From NCBI GenBank assembly GCA_046726275.1, contig JBKPAF010000011.1:613-64612 (forward strand): a stretch of 64,000 nucleotides of DNA. Reading direction: 5' to 3'. This document shows, piece after piece, positions 18,625-28,537 of the stretch. The stretch comes from Actinomycetota bacterium. Lineage in GTDB: Bacteria; Actinomycetota; UBA4738. Every line of letters starts with the position of its first letter. Within the stretch, counting starts at the first letter, position 1. The notes beneath the pieces are model-generated. The model did not search any database. It was given only the letters and a program-made list of their open reading frames with translations, and was not told the DNA's origin. The translations under genes and the position numbers were made by a program.

Positions 18625-19755
18625 TCAGCTGAGGCTGGCCAGCGTCTCGTCGACGCGGGAGAGACCCTTCAACATGAACTCGACGTCGGAGCCGTAGCCG
18701 ATCCTGATCGCCTTTCCCAGTCCCAGCTGGTCTCCCGGGACGAGGAGCACCGACTGCTCCTCGCGGATGCGATCGATCAGGGCTCCGGAGCGGACCGGCA
18801 GGTCGTAGTTCACCAGCACGATGGCCCCTGCCGAAGGTCGCACGTAGTCGAAGATGTCGCCATGGGAGCGAATCCATGCCTCCAGAACAGGGAGATTGCG
18901 TCGCAGGATTCCTCGGGTCCTCCCCAGGATCGCCTCCCGTCTCGAGGGTTCGAGGACGAGACCGGCCAGGTGCTGGGACAAGGCCCCTGGGGTGAGGGTC
19001 GTGTAGTCGTGATGGATCCACAGCTTCTCGATGAGCTTGGGAGGAGCCACCAACCACCCGACGCGTAGCCCTGGGAGCGCAAACGATTTCGAGAGGCCGG
19101 AAGTGATCACCACCTTGTCGTACCGGCCCCAAAACGTCGGGGTCAGGGTGTCGTCGAACTCCGCCCCCCGGTAGATCTCGTCGGCCACCAGCCAGGCTCG
19201 AGCGCGCTTCGCCACCCTCACCACGGCATCCATCTCCTCCTCAGTGAGCACGCTCCCGGTGGGATTGTTGGGGTTGGTCACGAGGATGACCCTGGTCTTC
19301 GTGGTGACCGCTCGCTCCAGCCCCCGGACGTCGAGGGCCCAGCGCCGGCTGCCTCCTTCCTTGCGCACCCGAAGGCGGAAGGCGTCTGATCCCGCCCCGA
19401 AATGCCGCCCCAGTCCCCAGCCCTGCATGTAGTTCGGGAGCATGAAGGCGAGCCGGTCCCGAGGCTCCAGGAGCGTCCACAGCGCGATGAAGTTCGCCTC
19501 AGATCCTCCGTTGACGACCGTCACGTTGTCCGGGTCGGCTCCGGGATAGAAGGACGCGATCCTCTCGCGGAGGGGAAGCGATCCGTTCGACTGGGGGTAG
19601 CCGATGCCGACGCCGAGGAACGCCCGAAGGACTTCCTTCCCTTCAAGGAGCTCTTCGAGCGTCAACGGTTCCACGCCGCTCTCCGAGAGGTTGTACTCGA
19701 CCTCGTGCTCGTAGAGGCACTGCATGCGTTCCATACGGAAGGTCTCGATGCGCAT
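18625..19755 (-). CDS. Class I/II PLP aminotransferase
   Basis: NLSESG, NPNNPTG, DEIY, SGLSKSFALPGLRVGW; SD AAGGAGG before ATG 19755. Confidence 0.88.
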   Translation of the reverse strand: MRIETFRMERMQCLYEHEVEYNLSESGVEPLTLEELLEGKEVLRAFLGVGIGYPQSNGSLPLRERIASFYPGADPDNVTVVNGGSEANFIALWTLLEPRDRLAFMLPNYMQGWGLGRHFGAGSDAFRLRVRKEGGSRRWALDVRGLERAVTTKTRVILVTNPNNPTGSVLTEEEMDAVVRVAKRARAWLVADEIYRGAEFDDTLTPTFWGRYDKVVITSGLSKSFALPGLRVGWLVAPPKLIEKLWIHHDYTTLTPGALSQHLAGLVLEPSRREAILGRTRGILRRNLPVLEAWIRSHGDIFDYVRPSAGAIVLVNYDLPVRSGALIDRIREEQSVLLVPGDQLGLGKAIRIGYGSDVEFMLKGLSRVDETLASLS

Positions 19756-19769
19756 CCTGATCGCCTCCT

Positions 19770-20333
19770 TCAAGAGACCTGACGGTATCGGAAACAGCGG
19801 ACAACGTGGTCATTGACCATCCCGACCGACTGCATGAAGGCGTAGCAGATCGTGGGACCCACGAATTTCCACCCGCGCTTCTTGAGGTCCTTGCTCATGG
19901 CCTTGGACTCGGCCGTTTCGGCGGGGATCTCCGAGAGCGTGCGCCATGCGTTGCGGATCGGGCGACCCCCCACGAACCCCCACAGGTGCGTCTCGATCGA
20001 GCCGAACTCCTCGATGAGTTCGAGGGCCATCCTCGCGTTCTGCACCGCGGCCTCCACCTTGGCTCGATTCCGGACGATCCCCGAGTCCTTCAACAATCGC
20101 TCGACGTCTCGCCGGCCGAACCGAGCCACTCGCTCCGGGTCGAACCCCTCGAACACCGTCCGGTATCTCTCCCGTTTGTTCAGGATCGTCGACCAGGAGA
20201 GCCCCGCCTGCGCCCCTTCCAGGATGAGCAGCTCGAACAGATGCCGATCATCGTGCGATGGCACGCCCCACTCTTCGTCGTGGTACCGCAGGTAGTTGGG
20301 TGGGAGACCAGCCGCCCAGTCACAACGCTCCAT
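19770..20333 (-). CDS. tag: DNA-3-methyladenine glycosylase I
   Basis: RCDW, YHDEEWG, LEGAQAGLSW, IVRNRAK, FVGPTICYAFMQ, NDHVVRC. Confidence 0.95.
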   Translation of the reverse strand: MERCDWAAGLPPNYLRYHDEEWGVPSHDDRHLFELLILEGAQAGLSWSTILNKRERYRTVFEGFDPERVARFGRRDVERLLKDSGIVRNRAKVEAAVQNARMALELIEEFGSIETHLWGFVGGRPIRNAWRTLSEIPAETAESKAMSKDLKKRGWKFVGPTICYAFMQSVGMVNDHVVRCFRYRQVS

Positions 20334-20364
20334 GGCTGCCGATGGTAGACCCCCTGGTGGACTC

Positions 20365-21048
20365 TCAGGTCCAGTCGCCCCGGTCCCGGAACCTGGCTCG
20401 GATGTGGGAACCATCGCAGAATGGTTTGTTCTTCGACTTCCCGCACCGGCACAGCGTGACCCGGTTGCGGACCTCGTACTCGAACCCGTCGACCGACTCG
20501 ATGGGAATCCCCCCTCTGACCCACAACGGTCCGTCGTCGACGACCGCGATCTCGGGAGCTTGGTCCTTCTCGATCGGTGTGGTGTCCGGGGGAAGGTGGT
20601 ATTCGAGGCGGCCGGAGGGACAGCGCTCCGCCATCCGGATGAGCATGGCCCGCTTCAAGGGGTCCTCCGTCTGTTCGGCAAGGGCCCAGGCGTCGGTGGA
20701 CCGGGCGTCGCAGAACGTTGCGCGAGCACACAGGGACGGATCGTCCGTCAGCACGACCGGGCCATCCCCGTACTCGTACCGGCGACCCGCGGTCGGGCTC
20801 CGGTCGGCCACCTCGGTGCCGTCGAATCCGATCTCCTCTTCGGTTCCGTCGCAGAACGGCTTCGATCGGGACTGGCCACAACGGCATAGGTCGTAGGGAC
20901 CATCCTCTCGGAGCGTGGCCCCACGGTCCCACCTCAGCATCTCGCCGTCGTCGTCGGGCACTCTGCGCATCCGGATTAGCGGCGCGCCGGTCACCCGATA
21001 GGGCCCATCCTTGACGATCTCGATCCCAGGGCTCTGTTGCTCGTCCAT
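20365..21048 (-). CDS. CDGSH iron-sulfur protein (CDGSH-ferredoxin-like-CDGSH)
   Basis: CRCGQSRSKPFCDGTE, CARATFC...CPSGRL, CRCGKSKNKPFCDGSH. Confidence 0.88.
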   Translation of the reverse strand: MDEQQSPGIEIVKDGPYRVTGAPLIRMRRVPDDDGEMLRWDRGATLREDGPYDLCRCGQSRSKPFCDGTEEEIGFDGTEVADRSPTAGRRYEYGDGPVVLTDDPSLCARATFCDARSTDAWALAEQTEDPLKRAMLIRMAERCPSGRLEYHLPPDTTPIEKDQAPEIAVVDDGPLWVRGGIPIESVDGFEYEVRNRVTLCRCGKSKNKPFCDGSHIRARFRDRGDWT

Positions 21049-21130
21049 GCGGCCGACAACCGTACCGCACCGCCGTGTGTCTGGGCCCGGGTGTCTCCGG
21101 GGGGCGGTTTCCGTCACGGCCTGGGCGTGG

Positions 21131-21934
21131 TCAGGCCGACGCGCCGGAGTACCGGCGCAGACCGCGCTTCCACAGCCATCGAGTCGCCGCGACCAGCAGC
21201 GCGGTGAAGGCGAAGGCGAGGACGAGGATCTGCGGCGTCAGTCGCGACGTGATCCCTTGGGCCGGCACAGTGATGGCCACGGCCAAGGGGACCAGGAAGG
21301 TGAGCATCACCCGGAGGCCGAACGGGTAGACCGTGACGGGCCACCGCCCGGCCTGATAGACGCCCTCGAAGAGCTCCACGGTTTCGTGGATCCTGACGAC
21401 CCAGAAGGCCAGAGTAGTGAGGATCAGCCAGAAGCAGTAGATGGTGATCGCTCCGAGGAGGAGAGCCACAGCGAACGCCAACGCGTCCCAGACCCCGATT
21501 CCGTTCTCGAGCTGGATCACCGCGACCACGAGGACGATCGTTCCGACCAGAATGTCCACCGCCTGCCAGATCCGGGTCTCCCGAACGCTCACCAGGAGCT
21601 GGGCATCTTCGGGCTTGGTCAGGGCGTAGTCGAGCGTCCCCTGTCGCACGTCCTCCATGAGCTTGACCATGTTGGGTTGGATCGAGGTTCGGATCAGGCC
21701 TCCCATGAGGATGTGCACACCCATCACCGCGAGCAGCTCCGGGCGGGACCAGCCGCCGAGGTCGCTCGTATAGGAGAAAACCAGAGCCAGCACGATCAGG
21801 CCGGTCGCCAGCGTGAGCATGGCCTGAAACACATAGATGACGAAATTCACCCGGTACTGGAGCTCGTTCATGGCTCCGACCCGGAAGAACACCCATGCCA
21901 GCCTGGGCACCCGGAGGACACCCCGGCCGCTCAT
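21131..21934 (-). CDS. ABC-2 family permease
   Basis: YRVNF, GGWS, GTLDYALTKP, TM helices, YSGASA end; ATGA overlap with upstream permease. Confidence 0.85.
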   Translation of the reverse strand: MSGRGVLRVPRLAWVFFRVGAMNELQYRVNFVIYVFQAMLTLATGLIVLALVFSYTSDLGGWSRPELLAVMGVHILMGGLIRTSIQPNMVKLMEDVRQGTLDYALTKPEDAQLLVSVRETRIWQAVDILVGTIVLVVAVIQLENGIGVWDALAFAVALLLGAITIYCFWLILTTLAFWVVRIHETVELFEGVYQAGRWPVTVYPFGLRVMLTFLVPLAVAITVPAQGITSRLTPQILVLAFAFTALLVAATRWLWKRGLRRYSGASA

Positions 21935-22797
21935 CCGCCCACCGCCGTGAACCTCCGGATCGCCGCTCGCCACGCGAAGCTGAACAGGAGGGCACTGACA
22001 CCTATCCACAAGGCTTGCATCCCGAGGCCGATGAACAGGTCGCGGGCGGGGAGATCGCCGGCCAGCGCCAGGATTGGGAACTGGAAGGTCCACTTGAAGG
22101 GGAGGAAGGCGGCGACGTCCTCGATCCACGGCGGCATCAACGACAGGGGAACCAGCCGGCCCGACAGGAGGAGCTCGGTGACGAAGAACAGCTCGAATAG
22201 GGCGCTCACGCGGGTGGTCCAGAAGCACACCATCCCCAGGATCGTGATGATCATCGACCGGATCAGGTACGCGCCCCAGATCGCGAAGAAGAACACCACG
22301 ACCTTGAGGGTGGTGATGTGCAGGGTCGGCTCGAAGGCGATGGTCAGGACCACCGCGATGGGAACCCAGAGGATGATGACCACGAGCTTCCAGCCGGCGA
22401 AGCCCGCCAGGTCGTAGTGGATGGGGTGGAGCGGCTTCAACAGCTGACCAGAGAGCTGACCCTCCCGGATGCGCCACTCCCAGCCGTACGCGGTGAACAC
22501 GATGTTCATGTTGCGGACCAGGGTCCACACGATGTAGTAGGCGGCGAGCTCCCCGGGCGTGAATCCGCCGACGGCTCCCCCCTGGGACTCCGCCACGGTC
22601 GACCACACCACGAGATAGATGACGGGCTCGGCGACCATCCCGATCATCCAGAAGTAGTTGGCCACCCGGTACTGGAACGACTCGATGATCTGCAGGCGGG
22701 CGATGGTGAGATAGGTCCGGGTCATGGACCTCAGCCAGGGCTGCGCGGGGAGGGCCGGCGGGCCGGGAAGGTCCTGGGCTGGGACCGAGGTCTTCAC
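21931..22797 (-). CDS. ABC-2 family permease
   Basis: YRVANY, IREGQLSGQLLKP, LSGRLVPL, FTAVGG end. Confidence 0.85.
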   Translation of the reverse strand: MKTSVPAQDLPGPPALPAQPWLRSMTRTYLTIARLQIIESFQYRVANYFWMIGMVAEPVIYLVVWSTVAESQGGAVGGFTPGELAAYYIVWTLVRNMNIVFTAYGWEWRIREGQLSGQLLKPLHPIHYDLAGFAGWKLVVIILWVPIAVVLTIAFEPTLHITTLKVVVFFFAIWGAYLIRSMIITILGMVCFWTTRVSALFELFFVTELLLSGRLVPLSLMPPWIEDVAAFLPFKWTFQFPILALAGDLPARDLFIGLGMQALWIGVSALLFSFAWRAAIRRFTAVGG

Positions 22798-23783
22798 TCG
22801 ACCGCCTCCTGCGCGAAGACCATCTCGATGACGTCCTCGATCGGCGGATCCTCGATCGTGAGGTCCAGGACGGAGTGATCGGACAGGAGCTGGGCCGTGA
22901 CCCGTGAGGTCTCATCCTTCGGCACCCGGAGGGAGATCCGGTCGCCCTCCCGGTGCAACACTTCGCCGTAGGCGCTCAGATCGGCCGCGCCGTCCTCCAG
23001 GACCACCCCAATGGTCTTGTACGCGGCGAACCTCCCAGCGAGGGACGAGAGCTGCCCGTCGAACAGGATGCGGCCGTGATGGATCACGATGACCCGGCGG
23101 CACAGGGCTTCGACATCGGCCATGTAGTGGCTGGTGAGCAGCACGGTCGCCCCATACCGGCGGTTGTACTCGGCCACGAATGTCCGGATGCGCTTCTGCA
23201 TCGTGACATCCAGGCCGATGGTTGGCTCGTCCAGGAACAGGACCTGCGGACGGTGGAGGAGGGCCCCGACGACCTCCATCTTCATCCGCTCGCCCAGGGA
23301 GAGGTTCCGGATCGGCTTGTCGACCAGATCGCCGAGCTCGAGCAGCTCGATGAATTCGTCCCTGGTCCTGTTGAACTGATCGGCCGGGATTCCGTAGATC
23401 GCCCGGTTCAGCTCGAACGAGTCGAGAGCGGGGAGGTCCCACTGAAGCTGGTTCCTGTTCCCCATCACCAGGGTGATCCGGCGAAGGAAGTCCCGTTCGC
23501 GACGCGACGGGATGTGTCCGAGGACCGACGCCTCCCCCGAGGTCACATAGAGAAGCCCGGACAACATCTTGAGAGTGGTGGTCTTCCCGGCGCCGTTCGG
23601 ACCGAGGAAGCCGACCACCTCCCCGGGGGCGATGTCGAAGCTGATCCCGTCGACGGCCTTGACCTCCCGGGTCTTCCGGCGAAAGAGGCTCCGGACCGCA
23701 GCCCTGAGCCCGGGCTCCCGCACGGGGACCTCGAAGGTCTTGCGAAGTTCTGACACACGGATGGCAGGCGCGGAGACGGACAC
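22794..23783 (-). CDS. ABC transporter ATP-binding protein
   Basis: GPNGAGKT, LSLGERMK, LDEPTIGLD, TSHYM; start approximate. Confidence 0.92.
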   Translation of the reverse strand: MSVSAPAIRVSELRKTFEVPVREPGLRAAVRSLFRRKTREVKAVDGISFDIAPGEVVGFLGPNGAGKTTTLKMLSGLLYVTSGEASVLGHIPSRRERDFLRRITLVMGNRNQLQWDLPALDSFELNRAIYGIPADQFNRTRDEFIELLELGDLVDKPIRNLSLGERMKMEVVGALLHRPQVLFLDEPTIGLDVTMQKRIRTFVAEYNRRYGATVLLTSHYMADVEALCRRVIVIHHGRILFDGQLSSLAGRFAAYKTIGVVLEDGAADLSAYGEVLHREGDRISLRVPKDETSRVTAQLLSDHSVLDLTIEDPPIEDVIEMVFAQEAVE

Positions 23784-23975
23784 TCGAGAAGTTCCTCCGA
23801 AAGGATGCCGGGCCAGCCAGCTTACAACGGCCCTCCGGGCGGCCGGGGCACGAACTCCCCACGGGGAATATCCCCCATTGAACAAATCAGGTGCTGCTCT
23901 TCAGAATGGTCGGGTCCGGTCGTTCGTCCAGCCGCGCGACCGCCGCGGCGTGGTCAAGACTTAGGAGGGGGCTGT

Positions 23976-25439
23976 ATGAAACGACTGTTCGCCTTGCTGA
24001 CCGTTTCGACCGTATTCGCGCTGGTCGGAGGGATCGTGGTCGCCTCGCCGGCGCTGGCCGCGCCGATCCAGATCAGCGAAGACCCCTACAACGACGCGGG
24101 GGCCCAGCACAAGACCCAGGTCGAGCCCGACTCGTTCGCCTTCGGCAGCACCATCGTCTCGGTGTTCCAGACCGGGCGCACCTTCGGCGGGGGTGCCTCC
24201 AACATCGGGTGGGCCACCTCCACCAATGGCGGTGCGAACTGGGTTCATGGGTTCATGCCGGGAACCACCGCCGTCTCCACACCGCCGGGGATCTACACGC
24301 GGGTGAGCGACCCCGCCGTCGCATACGACCCCAAGCACGGGGTCTGGATGGCCTCAATCCTGGGAATCCGGCCCAACGGCATCAACGACATCGTCACCAG
24401 CCGCTCCACGGACGGGGGCCTGACGTGGAACAACCCGGTCAACACGGCCCTGGGGGACGCAATCAGCTTCTACGACAAGAACTGGATCGGTTGCGACACA
24501 AGTGCCACCAGCCCCTTCTTCGGCAACTGCTACACCCAGTGGGACGACTTCGGTCGGAACAACCTGATGCGCATGAGCACCTCGACCGATGGAGGGCTCA
24601 CCTGGGGCCCGCCGAAGGGGACCGCGAACAACGAGACCGGCACCATCGGCGGGCAGCCCGTGGTGCTCGCTACTGGAGTCGTGGTCGTTCCGTTCCTGGG
24701 CAACACGGGGGTCAAGGCGTTCCGCTCGACGGACGGCGGGAACACGTGGACCACCCCGATCACGGTCTCCAATCTCTTCCATCACGACCCGGCAGGGGGG
24801 ATCCGGGCGGGCGTCCCGCTTCCTTCCGCTGAGGTCAGGATCCCGGGACCGATCGTCCTCGTATGGCCGGACTGCCGGTTCGAACCGGGATGCAGTGCGA
24901 ACGACATCGTGATGAGCACGTCGACCGACGGCATCAACTGGTCGCCGGTTCGACGGATCCCGCTCGATCCCGTCGGAAGCGGGGTCGATCACTTCATCCC
25001 GGGCGTGGCGATCCAGGGACAGACCCTGTTCGCCACGCTCGCGCCCCGAATCGCGCTGGCCTACTACTACTACCCGGTGGCCAACTGCAGCTCGGCCACG
25101 TGCCAGCTCCACGTGGGGTTCTCGTTCTCCGCCAACGGCGGCGGGAGCTGGAGCCCGCCGCAGACCCTGGCCGGGCCCATGATGCTGTCCTGGCTGGCGA
25201 ACACGAGCTCGGGCCGGATGGTCGGGGACTACATGTCGACCTCCTATGTCGGCCAGAACGCCTTTCCGGTGTACGCCTCGGCGACCGCGCCGATCGGAGG
25301 CGTGTTCCAGGAGCACATGTTCACGTCGCAGCAGGCGGCCACGTCGTTCGTCGGGCCCAGGCTGCGGGCCTCCTCGGCGGGAGGGATCTACGGCGTGCGT
25401 CCCTGGAGGGTGCGGGCCGGCGTAACGACGGCGAATTGA
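23976..25439 (+). CDS. Secreted BNR/Asp-box (sialidase-like) beta-propeller protein, paralog 1
   Basis: Signal peptide (ALA-A), repeated STDGGxTW Asp-boxes, DKNWI; SD AGGAGG. Confidence 0.85.
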   Translation: MKRLFALLTVSTVFALVGGIVVASPALAAPIQISEDPYNDAGAQHKTQVEPDSFAFGSTIVSVFQTGRTFGGGASNIGWATSTNGGANWVHGFMPGTTAVSTPPGIYTRVSDPAVAYDPKHGVWMASILGIRPNGINDIVTSRSTDGGLTWNNPVNTALGDAISFYDKNWIGCDTSATSPFFGNCYTQWDDFGRNNLMRMSTSTDGGLTWGPPKGTANNETGTIGGQPVVLATGVVVVPFLGNTGVKAFRSTDGGNTWTTPITVSNLFHHDPAGGIRAGVPLPSAEVRIPGPIVLVWPDCRFEPGCSANDIVMSTSTDGINWSPVRRIPLDPVGSGVDHFIPGVAIQGQTLFATLAPRIALAYYYYPVANCSSATCQLHVGFSFSANGGGSWSPPQTLAGPMMLSWLANTSSGRMVGDYMSTSYVGQNAFPVYASATAPIGGVFQEHMFTSQQAATSFVGPRLRASSAGGIYGVRPWRVRAGVTTAN

Positions 25440-25452
25440 TCCGATCGGGACC

Positions 25453-25491
25453 GAGGGGTGCTGGGTCGCCTTGGCGGCCGAGCACCTTCTC
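25453..25491 (+). terminator. Stem-loop after paralog 1
   Basis: GAGGGGTGCT-GGGTCGCC-TT-GGCGGCC-GAGCACCTTCTC inverted repeat; no U-tract. Confidence 0.45.
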
Positions 25492-25611
25492 GATCCGGGG
25501 TCCAACCGCGAGTTGAAGAAATGGGTGTCGCCCCCGAGAATTGGGGGTTCGCGCCCTCGAACTCGGCCCGATGACCGTTGGGTCGTGAGAAACGAGCAGG
25601 GAGGGGGATTC

Positions 25612-27072
25612 ATGAGAAGGGTTCTGGCTCTGGTCACCATTTCCACCGTCTTGGTACTGATCGGCGGGATCGCGGTCGCCGCGCCGGCGCCGGCCGCGCC
25701 GATTCAGATCAGCGAGGACCCGTACACCGACGCGGGGGCCCAGCACAAGACCCAGGTCGAGCCGGACAGCTTCGCGTTCGGCAGCACCATCGTGGCGGTG
25801 TTTCAGACGGGGCGCACCTTCGGGGGAGGAGCCTCCAACATCGGCTGGGCCACCTCCACCAACGGCGGGGCAAACTGGGTCCACGGGTTCATGCCAGGAA
25901 CTACCCCGGTCTCCACGCCGCCAGGGATCTACTCTCGCGTTAGCGACCCCGCCGTGGCCTACGACCCCAAGCGCGGGGTGTGGATGGCCTCCATCCTGGG
26001 CCTCCGACCAAACGGCATCAACGACATCGTCACCAGCCGCTCCACCGACGGCGGCCTGACCTGGGGCAACCCGGTCATGACGGCTGCTGGCCCCCCCGGG
26101 AGCTTCTACGACAAGAACTGGATCACCTGCGACACCAGCGCGACAAGCCCGTTCCGCGGCAACTGCTACACCCAATGGGATGACGCCGGCGACGGCAACC
26201 TCATGTTGATGAGCACGTCGACCGACGGGGGTCTCACCTGGGGGCCGCCAAAGCCGACCGCTAACAATGAGCGAAGCACCATCGCGGGACAGCCGGTCGT
26301 TCTCGCCAACGGAACGGTGGTCGTGCCCTTCCGGTCGCTGAGCTCCGGCCAGAAGGCGTTCAGGTCGACCGACGGTGGGAACACTTGGAGCGCTCCCGTC
26401 CTGATCTCGAACGTCCAGTACCACACGCCGGCCGGCGGGATCAGGGCTCCGTTCGCCATCCCATCGGCAGAGGTCAGGCATCCCGGGCCGATCGTGCTGG
26501 TGTGGGGCGATTGCCGGTTCGAGCCCGGGTGCTCGGCGAACGACATCGTCATGAGCACTTCGACCGACGGCATCAACTGGTCGCCGGTGAGACGGATCCC
26601 GCTCGATCCCATCGGAAGTGGCGTGGATCACTTCCTCCCTGGGGTCGCGATTCAGGGGCAGACGCTCTTCGCGAGCCTCGCTCCGCACATCGCGCTGGGT
26701 TACTACTACTATCCCGTCGCGGCCTGTAGCCAGGCCACGTGCCAGCTCCACGTGGGTTTCTCCTTCTCGGCGAACGGCGGGGGCAGCTGGAGCCCGCCCC
26801 AGACCCTGGCCGGGCCGATGATGCTGTCCTGGCTCGCCCAAACGAGCCAGGGTCCGATGGTCGGAGACTACATATCGACGTCGTACGTCGGCCAGAACGC
26901 CTTCCCGATCTACGCCTCTGCTACGGCGCCGATCGGAGGCGTGTTCCAGGAGCACATGTTCACGTCGCAGCAGGCGGCCACGTCGTTCGTCGGGCCCACG
27001 CTGCGCGCCTCCTCGGCGGGCGGGATCTACGGGCGTCCAACGATCGTGAAAGCGGGCGCGACCGCGAACTAG
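25612..27072 (+). CDS. Secreted BNR/Asp-box (sialidase-like) beta-propeller protein, paralog 2
   Basis: Colinear with paralog 1, with long identical peptide blocks; own SD AGGGAGG. Confidence 0.85.
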   Translation: MRRVLALVTISTVLVLIGGIAVAAPAPAAPIQISEDPYTDAGAQHKTQVEPDSFAFGSTIVAVFQTGRTFGGGASNIGWATSTNGGANWVHGFMPGTTPVSTPPGIYSRVSDPAVAYDPKRGVWMASILGLRPNGINDIVTSRSTDGGLTWGNPVMTAAGPPGSFYDKNWITCDTSATSPFRGNCYTQWDDAGDGNLMLMSTSTDGGLTWGPPKPTANNERSTIAGQPVVLANGTVVVPFRSLSSGQKAFRSTDGGNTWSAPVLISNVQYHTPAGGIRAPFAIPSAEVRHPGPIVLVWGDCRFEPGCSANDIVMSTSTDGINWSPVRRIPLDPIGSGVDHFLPGVAIQGQTLFASLAPHIALGYYYYPVAACSQATCQLHVGFSFSANGGGSWSPPQTLAGPMMLSWLAQTSQGPMVGDYISTSYVGQNAFPIYASATAPIGGVFQEHMFTSQQAATSFVGPTLRASSAGGIYGRPTIVKAGATAN

Positions 27073-27093
27073 AGCGTTCACGCGCGGGAAGGT

Positions 27094-27115
27094 GCCCGGC
27101 CCGAAAGGGCCGGGC
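27094..27115. terminator. GNRA hairpin between convergent genes
   Basis: GCCCGGCCC-GAAA-GGGCCGGGC. Confidence 0.55.
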
Positions 27116-27123
27116 CCTCCACG

Positions 27124-27804
27124 TCACAGCGGAGCCACCGGCTCGCGATCGATGATCGCCGAGGCCACCCTTCCCGCGTTGTCGCTCGTGAGCGCACCGA
27201 TGACGATCACCAGGTTCGTACCGGGTGATTGCCACGCCACCCACTGCCATCCCGCGACCTCACCCCTGGTGGACTCGAACTGGAGCGTCTCCCGAGGGCC
27301 GATCCGGCGCCGGTGCACTTCGCCTCCGGCCTCGTCGGCCGCTCCTCGTGCGAAGCCTTCCAGGAAGTTCTCGTCGTCCACAGCCTCGGGGTCCATGGCG
27401 AAGACCTCGACCACAGCCACCGCAGACCCGTCCGCCCCCAGCACGTCACGAACGACGAGGTCCTCGATGTATTTCCGAGCGGGATGGGTCTGGAGGGCTC
27501 GCTCGACGACTGCCTGACTCTCCGGGGCGATCGGCTCGAACCTGTACGTGCCCGAGGTCGGAAAGATCCTGTCGGGATCCACTCGGGCCGGGTTGGCTCT
27601 CCCATCACCGAGGTCACCCGCCCGGATGACGGGGCCGAGGAGGCCGCTCAAGCTGACGAGGATCGCCACCGTCAGGGGGATCCACCAGTAATCACTCGAT
27701 CGCTGGTGGAGACGGACCGCCCACCACGTGAGGATGGCCGGGACGACCAGCACCACGAGGATCGTGCCGAGGAACCGTCCGATTTCGTACGCGGTTGCGA
27801 GCAT
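27124..27804 (-). CDS. Hypothetical membrane-anchored protein
   Basis: Two N-terminal TM helices followed by a soluble domain; start at ATG 27804 inferred. Confidence 0.6.
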   Translation of the reverse strand: MLATAYEIGRFLGTILVVLVVPAILTWWAVRLHQRSSDYWWIPLTVAILVSLSGLLGPVIRAGDLGDGRANPARVDPDRIFPTSGTYRFEPIAPESQAVVERALQTHPARKYIEDLVVRDVLGADGSAVAVVEVFAMDPEAVDDENFLEGFARGAADEAGGEVHRRRIGPRETLQFESTRGEVAGWQWVAWQSPGTNLVIVIGALTSDNAGRVASAIIDREPVAPL

Positions 27805-27958
27805 GGCTGACTCGAAGTATCCGACGGTCGGGCAAGAGATCAAGTCAGCGGGCCCTACGGGCGGTTCGCGGAACCACGACTCGGGGGCTACGCGGGCGGC
27901 CTGGAGCATTCTCTGAAAGAATCCGCCGAGAACCGGAGGTCGAAGGCGAGTGCATGGC

Positions 27959-28465
27959 ATGGGCAACCTGACGATCCGATCCGCCTACGGGATGTGGCCT
28001 CAGTACAACCGGCGCTTCCGCGACGTCGTTGCGCAGATGACCGATGAGCAGCTCGGGATCCGCCCCTCGGCCGATCGATGGCCGATCTGGGCGACGGTAG
28101 GCCACACCGCCTGCCAGCGGGTGTTCTGGCTCTGCGACTTCGCCGGCGAGCCTGGCGCGGAGACCACCCCGTTCACCAACGCGGCGTACAACTGCCCGGG
28201 AGACGACGACCTCGAGCATGTGCTCAGCCCGGATCAGCTCGCTCAGGCTCTCGACTCCTCCTTCCGGATCATCGAGAACTGCCTGGACCGATGGACCGTG
28301 GACATGCTCGGTGAAGAACTGCGGCGCCCCGAGTGGGACCAGACGTGGGTCCACACCCGCGGTACGGTCCTTCAGCGCCTCTACAGCCACGACACGTACC
28401 ACTGCGGCGAGCTGTCGCAGACCCTGGGGATCGCTGGGCTACCGCAGATCGACCTCTGGGACTGA
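27959..28465 (+). CDS. DinB family protein
   Basis: WPIWATVGH, R.FW, HDTYHCGELS metal-binding His pattern. Confidence 0.8.
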   Translation: MGNLTIRSAYGMWPQYNRRFRDVVAQMTDEQLGIRPSADRWPIWATVGHTACQRVFWLCDFAGEPGAETTPFTNAAYNCPGDDDLEHVLSPDQLAQALDSSFRIIENCLDRWTVDMLGEELRRPEWDQTWVHTRGTVLQRLYSHDTYHCGELSQTLGIAGLPQIDLWD

Positions 28466-28537
28466 GGCAACGGACGGCGCTTCAGCAGATAGAGGGCCCC
28501 GTCGCGCAGCAAGACTGCTTCGTATGGCAAGCGTGAG

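Noticed and set aside
23976-27072. CRISPR array or DGR template/variable repeats
   Set aside because: The repeats are whole-gene paralogy; both copies are intact ORFs, differences are not adenine-specific, and there is no reverse transcriptase or cas gene.
21131-28537. Genomic island integrated at ssrA
   Set aside because: No integrase, no duplicated ssrA 3' end seen and no obvious composition shift.
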